Virus record (IMG/VR): IMGVR_UViG_3300012953_000066 | Location: 1 to 40,891 of that record | Direction: 5' to 3' (one strand) | Source: a virus | Taxonomy: Duplodnaviria; Caudoviricetes | DNA length: 40,891 nucleotides | Shown: piece by piece, positions 29,013-36,772 of the stretch | Position numbering within the stretch: the stretch's first letter is position 1 | How the letters are laid out: the number at the start of each line of letters is the position of its first letter | Notes under the pieces: model-generated | What the model was told of the DNA's origin: nothing | What the model saw: only the letters and a program-made list of their open reading frames with translations | Database searches by the model: none | Program-made: the position numbers and the translations under genes

Positions 29013-29272
29013 AGAATTATAGACAATTTAAAACATCAATTAGAGAAGCATATCTTCGTGTTCAGGAAAGAGGTTCTACTTATGGGGTGACTCTTAACTG
29101 GAGAGGAAAAACAATATTTACTCAAATGTTTTTTCCTGATGTGTTTACACGTCCAACTAGAAGTTCTGTAGTACAAGCAATAAGAAAAATATATCCTGAT
29201 GCTAAATTAATAGCATACAACCCAACAAGGAGAGATCCAACTAAACCTTTATTATTCTTTGGAGAGAATTAA
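29009..29272 (+). CDS. Small conserved phage protein, possible internal head protein
   Basis: ATGA overlap with gp16. N-terminus MKNYRQFKTSIREA resembles the T4 capsid-targeting sequence. Confidence 0.65.
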   Translation: MKNYRQFKTSIREAYLRVQERGSTYGVTLNWRGKTIFTQMFFPDVFTRPTRSSVVQAIRKIYPDAKLIAYNPTRRDPTKPLLFFGEN

Positions 29273-29275
29273 ATC

Positions 29276-31585
29276 ATGTCAGATGATTTAAGAGACTTTT
29301 TCTCAGAAATCTCAAAATCAAAGAAAGAGAAAAAGGAAAAATTAGAAGAGGCAAAAGAAGAACTCAATACTATTGTAGGTGATTTGGGTTTAGATTCTTT
29401 ATTCCAGGAATTTGGAAAGATAAAAAAGGAAGAAGTAGTAAAGAAGAAAAAACAAGAGAAAAAACTTGAAGCTTTTGAGAACTTCTTTTCAAATATTGAT
29501 GAAAAGAAAGAAGAAGAACCAGTTGTTGAAATTGAAGAAGTAATAGAAGAACAAGAAGAAATAATAGAAGAACCTGTTGTTGCTGAAGAAGAAATAGAAG
29601 AAGAAATTGTTGCTGAAGAAGAAATAGAAGAAGAAAAATTTGAAGAAGAAGTAGAAGAAGTACTAGAAGATGTTTCTTTAATTGAAAAATCTTTAGGTAT
29701 GCTTGCTGCTACTGATAATAATGAAGATCCATTAACTCCAGTAGATAAGAAGTTCGCAACAATGGAGGACTTCCAAAAGCATTATGGATTATTAATTCAA
29801 AGAATCCAACAACAATTATCCACTATAGGTGGCGGTGGTGCTGTTAATATTAGAGATCTAGATGATATTGATCTTTCAACTGCACAAGTTAATAATAAGT
29901 TTTTAAAGTACAATTCTGCTAGTGGTAAATGGGTAGGTTCTGATACATCTGGTGGTGGATATACTTTACCTACAGCTGCTTCAGATACTCTTGGTGGAAT
30001 TAAAATTGGTAGTGGATTGTCAATAGATGGTGATGGTGTTGTTACTGCTAGTGGTGGCGGTGGTGGTGGAAGTATTGCTGGAATAGACACTTCAAATACT
30101 TCAACATTTAATAATGTAGATATAACTGGTATTACTACTATAGGTAATGTAGTAGTTGGTGGAGCTACTACTGATTTAATAGTTGATGGAGATGCTCGTG
30201 TTACTGGTATACTAACAATTGGTGCTGCATCAATTACTCTTGATCCTAATGCAAAAACAATTACTGGATTAGATGAAATAGAAATTGGTACTGGAGATAA
30301 TAGGATTAAACTTAAAAAATCATCTAGAGGTACTATAGATTTTGTAGATAAAGATAATAAATCAATCGGTGGAATTGGAACTGAAGCGGTATTTAATACT
30401 ACTGGTATTATGACTGCAACCAGGTTTAGAACCATTGGTGGAACTGCAACACAATTCCTAAAGGCAGATGGTAGTGTAGATACCAATACATATTTAAATT
30501 CAACACATGATGCTAGTAATGTAACTAATACAAAAATTGGCAATTGGGATGCAGCATACGGTTGGGGAGATCATTCTAGTGGTGGATACGCTGCATCTAG
30601 TCATAACCACGATAGTTCATACAATAATTATACTCACCCATCCCATACAGGAGATGTAACAGGTTCTGCAGCATTAACTATTGCTAATGATGCTGTAACT
30701 TATGCTAAAATACAGAATGTTGCTACTGCTAATCGTGTATTAGGTAGTAGTTCTGCTGATGGTGTAGTATCAGAAATTCAAGTTGCTACTGATATGATTG
30801 CTGATGATGCTGTCACGACAGATAAATTAGCGGATGCAATTAATACAACTATTGCTGCTAATACATCTAAAGTAACCAATGCTACTCACACAGGAGACGT
30901 TACAGGTTCTGCAGCATTAACTATTGCAGACGATAAAATAGAAGAGAAACATATTAATGCTGGTGGTACTCCTGGTGCTGATAAAGTTTTAGTATATGAT
31001 TCAAGTGAATCTACTAATTGGAAATGGGAGGATCAATCTGGTTCTGGTGGAGGAGGATCTTCTACTTTTCTTGGTTTGAGTGACACACCAGGATCATTCA
31101 CTGCAAATAAACTTTTAAAAGTAAACTCTGCTGGAAATGCTATTGAACTAGTTGATACTTCTTCAAGTACTACTACTGTTACTGGACAGTTGAATCTAAG
31201 TGGTATGTCTAAAGAGACAATTAATATAGTTGCAAATAAATTAAGTGCTGCTACTGATATTGATCTTGAAGATGGTTTAGTACATTATTTCTCAACTCTT
31301 GAAACTACTGATGCAACTCCAAATATTCGTTATAATTCATCAACAACATTAAATTCAAAATTATCTGTAGGAGACTCAATTACAGTTGTAATAATATCCG
31401 TAACTGATAATACTAATGATTCTTATGAGCAACTAACAATAGATGGTAGTGCTGTAGCAGAGCAATGGATAGGTGGACATCCTCCTGGTGGTGGTGCTAC
31501 TGGTTATGATATGTACTCATACAATATAATAAAAACTGATGATGCAACTTGGCTTGTGTTTGCGAATAAAGTTAATTACACATAG
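29276..31585 (+). CDS. Fibre-like protein with an acidic/charged N-terminal region and a C-terminal tip-adaptor domain
   Basis: E/K-rich first ~140 aa, then NEDPLTP...QQQLSTIGGGG, then fibre repeats (YTLPTAASDTLGGIKIG, HTGDVTG x2, FLGLSDTP), then a globular beta C-terminal domain. Confidence 0.75.
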   Translation: MSDDLRDFFSEISKSKKEKKEKLEEAKEELNTIVGDLGLDSLFQEFGKIKKEEVVKKKKQEKKLEAFENFFSNIDEKKEEEPVVEIEEVIEEQEEIIEEPVVAEEEIEEEIVAEEEIEEEKFEEEVEEVLEDVSLIEKSLGMLAATDNNEDPLTPVDKKFATMEDFQKHYGLLIQRIQQQLSTIGGGGAVNIRDLDDIDLSTAQVNNKFLKYNSASGKWVGSDTSGGGYTLPTAASDTLGGIKIGSGLSIDGDGVVTASGGGGGGSIAGIDTSNTSTFNNVDITGITTIGNVVVGGATTDLIVDGDARVTGILTIGAASITLDPNAKTITGLDEIEIGTGDNRIKLKKSSRGTIDFVDKDNKSIGGIGTEAVFNTTGIMTATRFRTIGGTATQFLKADGSVDTNTYLNSTHDASNVTNTKIGNWDAAYGWGDHSSGGYAASSHNHDSSYNNYTHPSHTGDVTGSAALTIANDAVTYAKIQNVATANRVLGSSSADGVVSEIQVATDMIADDAVTTDKLADAINTTIAANTSKVTNATHTGDVTGSAALTIADDKIEEKHINAGGTPGADKVLVYDSSESTNWKWEDQSGSGGGGSSTFLGLSDTPGSFTANKLLKVNSAGNAIELVDTSSSTTTVTGQLNLSGMSKETINIVANKLSAATDIDLEDGLVHYFSTLETTDATPNIRYNSSTTLNSKLSVGDSITVVIISVTDNTNDSYEQLTIDGSAVAEQWIGGHPPGGGATGYDMYSYNIIKTDDATWLVFANKVNYT
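29577..29636 (+). repeat. Perfect 30-bp tandem repeat x2 (in frame, VAEEEIEEE-x)
   Basis: ttgttgctgaagaagaaatagaagaagaaa at 29577-29606 and 29607-29636. Confidence 0.95.
30659..30927 (+). repeat. 26-bp direct repeat pair within the fibre (HTGDVTGSAALTIA x2)
   Basis: acaggttctgcagcattaactattgc at 30659-30684 and 30902-30927, 243 bp (81 codons) apart. Confidence 0.9.
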
Positions 31586-31587
31586 AT

Positions 31588-32436
31588 ATGTCTCCATTAT
31601 TATCAGTTCCATCTGTATCTGGATCATCAAAACCCATCAATGAATTGGGTTATGTTAGAGAAAATTTAGTTGCCCACTATGATGCTGGAGCAGGTGACGT
31701 TGGTAATAGTACGTATTATGCATATAATCTTGTTAAAGGGCCTAGAGCAGATAGTAATAATTATAGACTAAGGTTTATCAATAGACCCTCATATACGTAT
31801 AGAAATTTAGAAGTAGGTAATTATTATTCTTATTGGGATTTTGATGGTAGTAATGATTATGGAGTTATTGATGGTTCTGGATCAACATCAGATTTTGCAT
31901 TTTCAACTTCGGAAACGGATGATTTTACTATAGAAGCGTGGTGTAAGATTGATTCTATAAGTTCAACTGATTTTCTTATTGGAAAGTGGGGTGGATCTAA
32001 CAGTACCAAAGCATTTTTATTTGGATGGGAATCTAGCAGATATCAAGGAATGGCTTGGAGAAATACGAGTAATTCTTGGCATAGATGTTATACTACGAGT
32101 TCTAGTAACCGTCTTACGGGTGTTTGGGTTCATCTGGTTTGGACTTTTAGAAGAAAAGATCCAGATAATAGTAATAAATGTCATAGTTGTCTTTATTATA
32201 ATGGAGTACAAACGGGAGGATCATATAATCCCTACACTGGTTGGACTGATTTGGGTCTGACTAGTGGAGGGAGTAGAGTTTGCTACGTCGGAGTAACTTA
32301 CTACTATTCTTGGGCATTTAATGGAAAGTTATCTATTATGAGAATATATGCTGGTAAAGCATTAACAGCAAGTGAAGTAAAACGAAATTATAATGCAGAA
32401 GGTGGTCCTCGTTTTAATAAGATTCATTTGACATAA
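31588..32436 (+). CDS. Concanavalin A-like/LamG lectin-domain protein, putative receptor-binding tip
   Basis: NLVAHYDAG, WDFDGSNDY, DFTIEAWCK, WVHLVWT, LYYNGV, FNGKLSIMRIY..KALTASEV..NYNA. Confidence 0.85.
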   Translation: MSPLLSVPSVSGSSKPINELGYVRENLVAHYDAGAGDVGNSTYYAYNLVKGPRADSNNYRLRFINRPSYTYRNLEVGNYYSYWDFDGSNDYGVIDGSGSTSDFAFSTSETDDFTIEAWCKIDSISSTDFLIGKWGGSNSTKAFLFGWESSRYQGMAWRNTSNSWHRCYTTSSSNRLTGVWVHLVWTFRRKDPDNSNKCHSCLYYNGVQTGGSYNPYTGWTDLGLTSGGSRVCYVGVTYYYSWAFNGKLSIMRIYAGKALTASEVKRNYNAEGGPRFNKIHLT

Positions 32437-32456
32437 AATTTTTAATACTATATAAT
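32428..32456 (+). promoter_or_regulatory. Consensus sigma70-type (early/host RNAP) promoter
   Basis: TTGACA (32428-32433), 17-nt spacer, TATAAT (32451-32456). ATG at 32467. Confidence 0.75.
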
Positions 32457-32466
32457 AAAAATAAAA

Positions 32467-32763
32467 ATGAGATTCGAAAATAGACATTGGGTTATATTTG
32501 ATTCTTCAGAATTATCAAAAATTAATTTTGAAGAGGTTTGTGAATATTCAATCAATACAGTAAGAAAATCAATTGATGGCACAAAAACTTTTATTAAATG
32601 GGATGGGGATTCAATTCCAACATCTGTAGTTGGTCTTGGTACATATCTTGGTCCATATAACCATTCAGAAATATTAGGAATTTTAACTACTTCAGAATGG
32701 TTTGATCCAGATCCTAAGAATAATCCAAATTCACCTCATATTCCAGAAACTGGAACTGAGTGA
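32467..32763 (+). CDS. Small hypothetical protein next to the lectin gene (possible fibre/tip chaperone)
   Basis: Globular 98-aa ORF (VRKSIDGTKTFIKWDG, GPYNHSEILGILTTSEW) filling the gap between two fibre-module genes. Function not recognised. Confidence 0.7.
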   Translation: MRFENRHWVIFDSSELSKINFEEVCEYSINTVRKSIDGTKTFIKWDGDSIPTSVVGLGTYLGPYNHSEILGILTTSEWFDPDPKNNPNSPHIPETGTE

Positions 32764-32773
32764 TTACTAATAG

Positions 32774-32781
32774 AATAAATA
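32774..32781 (+). promoter_or_regulatory. Late promoter variant (AATAAATA)
   Basis: Intergenic, upstream of the 32814 ATG. A second GCTAAATA abuts the ATG. Confidence 0.55.
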
Positions 32782-32813
32782 ACTAAAATACTCTGTCTGA
32801 TGAAAGCTAAATA

Positions 32814-34277
32814 ATGGCACTTAAGAAACCAGCAGATTTTTTTCACAAGAAAGAAGTTAGCACAGTAGAAGAAAATTTTAATCAATTGATTGTTCAACCT
32901 CAGTTGAGATCATTTTCTGATGCATTTGAAACATATAAAAATAATATAAACAAATTTGAATTACTTTCTGATGCAATAGAAGATATTCAAGAAGAACTTA
33001 AAAGTATTAGGGTATTTAAATTTGCTAAAGAGGAATTAGATGAAGCTATGATGGCATGTTCCTTCTTACTTGAAGGAAGAATTAAAGAAATAAAGGATAA
33101 TATAGACAAAGTAAGCAATCAATTTAAAATAAGTTCTTCAATTAAATATAAGGAACTTGAGGAAAATATTTCTAAATCAAATAATGATGTTATATCAATT
33201 GTCGGAGAAAAGGTTGATGTAATTGAAGATTCTCAGGAATTATTTAATAAGAAATTAGATAAATTAAGAATAGATATTGTTGAGAATGAAACACATCTAA
33301 ACGAACAAAATAAACTTATAGATGAATTTAAAAATGAATTAAATGAAAAAGTTAAAGTAAATTTTGTTAAATTTAAAAAGGCAGATGATGGTCTTTCTAA
33401 AAAAATTGAATATATTGAGGAAATGTTTGCTAAATTTAATGAGCAAACTATTCTTAGTGAAGGATTATTGGATGAACCACCATCAATTGATAATGAAGAT
33501 CCATTAACTCCTTTAGGTAAAGGATATGTAACTACACAACAACTTCAAGATCATTACCGAACTTTTATAAATCGTATTCAACAACAATTATCAACACTTG
33601 GTGGAGGTGGTGAAACACGTTTAAAATATTTGGATGATGTTGTTGGTATTGCAACTAATGCTTCTGCTTATGATGGTAAGTTTTTAAAATACAATCATTC
33701 ATTAACTAAATTTGAATTTGCAAATGTAGATATAACTAGTGATTCTTGGGTAGAGGGTGCTGATGGACCTTGGACAAATGGTTCTGTTGGTATTGGTACA
33801 TCAGTTATAGAATCTGGTAATTTTCCTGGAAACAAACTAATAGTTGATGGTAATGCAAGAATTACGGGAATAGTTTCTATTGGTACAGCATCAATAACTT
33901 TTAATCCAGATAGCGGTTCAATTTCTTCTGGTGATGTGCAAGTTGTTGCTTCTGGTGGTGGTGCAAAATATACTGGAATTCTAACTGCTATTGATTTTGA
34001 TTCAACTTCTGATATTAAATTAAAGAAAAATATAAAACAAATTGAAGATCCTATAAAAAAGGTAATGAAAATTGAGGGTGTGTCTTTTAATTGGAAAAAA
34101 GATAATAGACCATCTCTTGGTGTTGTTGCAGATCAACTACAAGAAGTCATCCCTGAATTAGTAAATGGTAGTGATCCCAAAACTGTAAATTATAATGGAT
34201 TAGTTGGACTTCTTATTGAATGTGTAAAGAATCAACAGAAGCAAATAGACGAACTTAAAGAACAACTAAATAATTAA
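32814..34277 (+). CDS. Coiled-coil plus fibre protein with a C-terminal intramolecular chaperone (peptidase S74) domain
   Basis: About 210 aa of K/E heptads, then NEDPLTP...QQQLSTLGGGG, a short fibre, and TSDIKLKKNI...GVSFNWK...GVVADQL...VNYNGLVGLLIECVK from ~34008. Confidence 0.85.
   Translation: MALKKPADFFHKKEVSTVEENFNQLIVQPQLRSFSDAFETYKNNINKFELLSDAIEDIQEELKSIRVFKFAKEELDEAMMACSFLLEGRIKEIKDNIDKVSNQFKISSSIKYKELEENISKSNNDVISIVGEKVDVIEDSQELFNKKLDKLRIDIVENETHLNEQNKLIDEFKNELNEKVKVNFVKFKKADDGLSKKIEYIEEMFAKFNEQTILSEGLLDEPPSIDNEDPLTPLGKGYVTTQQLQDHYRTFINRIQQQLSTLGGGGETRLKYLDDVVGIATNASAYDGKFLKYNHSLTKFEFANVDITSDSWVEGADGPWTNGSVGIGTSVIESGNFPGNKLIVDGNARITGIVSIGTASITFNPDSGSISSGDVQVVASGGGAKYTGILTAIDFDSTSDIKLKKNIKQIEDPIKKVMKIEGVSFNWKKDNRPSLGVVADQLQEVIPELVNGSDPKTVNYNGLVGLLIECVKNQQKQIDELKEQLNN
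34265..34272 (+). promoter_or_regulatory. Late promoter variant (ACTAAATA)
   Basis: At the end of the S74 gene, about 35 nt before the 34308 ATG. Confidence 0.5.
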
Positions 34278-34279
34278 AA

Positions 34280-34307
34280 TTACCCAGTGGATACACGAAG
34301 ACGGTAA
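34280..34307 (+). promoter_or_regulatory. Putative 5'-UTR stem-loop abutting a start codon
   Basis: TTACC(34280-84) pairs with GGTAA(34303-07). Inner GTG-GATA-CAC hairpin. ATG at 34308. Confidence 0.45.
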
Positions 34308-36425
34308 ATGGCAATTAAAATATCTGGAAATACTATCATAGATGATAGTAGGAATATATCTAATGCTGGTATAGTTACGGCAACATCATATTATGGTGAT
34401 GGATCTAATCTTACTGGTATTGGTGGTCAAGTTACAAATATAATTTATGTCACAAAAGACGGAAACGATTCAAATAACGGACTTAAAATTAGTACAGCAA
34501 AAGCAACGATCAAAGGAGCAGTTGGAATTGCAACAGACTCATCTGTTATTAAAGTTAGTGCTGGAGTTTATGTAGAAAATAATCCAATTGTTGTTCCAAA
34601 ACAAGTTAGTATAGTTGGAGATAGTTTGAGAGAAGTAACTATTTCCCCTCAAAATGCAGATAAAGATTTATTTCATGTAGCACCAGGAGTTATGTTGCAG
34701 GAATTAACTTTTTCTGGAACAGTAAATGAAGGGATTGCTGCTGTTGCATTTAATCCAGATAAGATAGAATATAATCCACAATCACCATACATTAGATTTT
34801 GTACCAATAGAATTGTGAATAGTATTGGTATGAAAGTTGATGGTAGTAAATCAGTAGGACCATTTAAAGGTATGGTTACTGACTCATATACTCAATACAA
34901 TTCAAATGGTATAGGAGTTTCAGTTAGTAATGAGGGTTACGCACAGATAGTTTCAATGTTCACTATGAATCTTGATACTGGTATTACCTGTATTAGTGGT
35001 GGACAATGTGATGTAACAAACTCTAACTCATCTTTCGGTAATTATGGAATGGTTTCTGATGGTGTGAGTTTAAGAAAATATACAGGAATTATATCTACTG
35101 CAGCTGCAGCAAATTCTTCTACTTTTGCGATAAATTTAGATACTCCTACTAAAAATATAAGTAATTTTGTTTATGATAATGTTTCTGGTCTTGCTACAGT
35201 AACAACTAGTGGTGCTCATGGATTTGAGGTTGGGATGGGGGTAACTCTTTCTAGTATGACACTTAGTTGCAATTATGGTAGTGGAACTCATATATTTTCA
35301 TCGGCAGAACCAAATGCAGTTAATGTTACTGGTGGCGCACAATTTGGTAATCAAAAGACTCCAAGTGGAGCAACTTATGTTCCTTCAACAGGTGTTCTCA
35401 CATTAACATTTGATTCTGCTCATGGAATGTCAACAAATGATACAATTACTCTTGATAATGAATCAATAAAATTCACTTGTGATGCAGATAATCATCAAAC
35501 AATTCACCCTTATCCTCGTACATCGGATCCAATTGCAGGTGTAACTACTGCTGTTACTGTAACATCATCAACAGCATTTACAATTAATGTTGGTCAAGTT
35601 CCTTTACAAAATAAAGTTTATCCTGATGGTAATGTTGGATATGTATTTGAAGTAAAATCTGTTCCTAACGCAACATCTTTTACCACTAATGTGGGTGTAT
35701 CAAAATATGCACATACTTATGATTCTGGTGGAAATGCAAAGATAGATGTAATAAGACCATTTGATGGACAAGTTGTTTATTTTGACACATTATATAAATC
35801 AGTAGATACAATAACTATAACGAATGGTGGAAGTGGATATACCAGCGCACCAACAGTTACTATTGATGCACCATCAGAATCTTGGGGTATAAAAGCAACA
35901 GCAAATTCAGAGATTACGAATGGAATACTTACTAAAATAAATATTGTTTCAAGTGGAAGAGGTTACACATCAGTACCTTCTATTACCGTTTCTGGTAGTG
36001 CAACTGCATCATTAACAACTAAACCTGATTATTACGTTATAACGGAATCAACACCCATTACTGCTGGAATTAGTACAATTACAATTAGTGAAAATGTTCC
36101 TTATGCTGTTGGCATTGGTTCAACTGTTCCATTCTTTAAACAAAGTAGAATACTTGCATCAAGTCATTCATTCCAATATATTGGATCTGGAGTAGAATTG
36201 GTCGATGCATTACCTTCACGAGGTGGTGTTGCAATTCAGGAGAATGAAATATACGATAAGAATGGTGGATTGACAATATTTACAAGTACCGACCAAACTG
36301 GTAATTTTAGAATTGGAGATGGTGTTGTTATTAATCAACAAACTGGAACCGTTTCTGGAGATTCTTATAGTAAGAGTTTATTTTCAACAATGACACCATT
36401 TATTTTAGCACTAGGAGGAGATTAA
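34308..36425 (+). CDS. Fibre/spike protein with a pectin-lyase-like beta-helix region and inserted beta domains
   Basis: IIYVTKDGNDSNNG...ATIKGA...VSAGVYVENNP...SIVGDSLR beta-helix entry motif, G-S-G-Y-T-S-A-P-T-V-T-I repeats, hydrophobic C-terminus MTPFILALGGD. Confidence 0.75.
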   Translation: MAIKISGNTIIDDSRNISNAGIVTATSYYGDGSNLTGIGGQVTNIIYVTKDGNDSNNGLKISTAKATIKGAVGIATDSSVIKVSAGVYVENNPIVVPKQVSIVGDSLREVTISPQNADKDLFHVAPGVMLQELTFSGTVNEGIAAVAFNPDKIEYNPQSPYIRFCTNRIVNSIGMKVDGSKSVGPFKGMVTDSYTQYNSNGIGVSVSNEGYAQIVSMFTMNLDTGITCISGGQCDVTNSNSSFGNYGMVSDGVSLRKYTGIISTAAAANSSTFAINLDTPTKNISNFVYDNVSGLATVTTSGAHGFEVGMGVTLSSMTLSCNYGSGTHIFSSAEPNAVNVTGGAQFGNQKTPSGATYVPSTGVLTLTFDSAHGMSTNDTITLDNESIKFTCDADNHQTIHPYPRTSDPIAGVTTAVTVTSSTAFTINVGQVPLQNKVYPDGNVGYVFEVKSVPNATSFTTNVGVSKYAHTYDSGGNAKIDVIRPFDGQVVYFDTLYKSVDTITITNGGSGYTSAPTVTIDAPSESWGIKATANSEITNGILTKINIVSSGRGYTSVPSITVSGSATASLTTKPDYYVITESTPITAGISTITISENVPYAVGIGSTVPFFKQSRILASSHSFQYIGSGVELVDALPSRGGVAIQENEIYDKNGGLTIFTSTDQTGNFRIGDGVVINQQTGTVSGDSYSKSLFSTMTPFILALGGD

Positions 36426-36429
36426 GAAA

Positions 36430-36771
36430 ATGGCATTAGCACTTAATGTATTCAAAACTATTACCCATATTGCACCTACAAGTGCAGTTGGAATTTATAC
36501 AGCTCCAGTTGGTTATTCTGGTGTTGTACTTTTGGCATCTGCAACCAATGTTGGTGCAGCAACTCGTACAGTATCATTCTCACATAAAAGATCCGTTGAT
36601 GGTAGTGACGTAGTTACAGAGATATTAAAGGATTATCCAATAGCATCAAGTGATTCTGCAAATCTTCTTTCAGGTAAACTTGTTTTGGAATCTGGTGATG
36701 TTATGGTATTGAAAGCTGATAATGCTACTGATGTTAAATTTATAGGAAGTGTCCTGGAGACATTAAATTAA
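36430..36771 (+). CDS. Small beta-rich adaptor-like protein (copy 1)
   Basis: GGAGGAG RBS upstream. C-terminal KLVLESGDVMVLKADNATDVKFIGSVLET resembles that of 38673..39044. Confidence 0.7.
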   Translation: MALALNVFKTITHIAPTSAVGIYTAPVGYSGVVLLASATNVGAATRTVSFSHKRSVDGSDVVTEILKDYPIASSDSANLLSGKLVLESGDVMVLKADNATDVKFIGSVLETLN

Positions 36772-36772
36772 A

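Noticed and set aside
29797-30543. 248-aa minus-strand ORF and the other short minus-strand ORFs in the track
   Set aside because: All lie antisense to long, motif-bearing plus-strand genes and show no recognisable motifs. They are expected shadows of biased codon usage.
31979-32260. Alternative-frame plus-strand ORFs (31979..32260 and 39927..40142)
   Set aside because: Fully nested in well-supported genes, with no RBS or recognisable domain.
31588-32436. Possible diversity-generating retroelement target (lectin tip)
   Set aside because: No reverse transcriptase and no template/variable repeat pair differing at adenines was seen in the window. The repeats found differ at synonymous positions.
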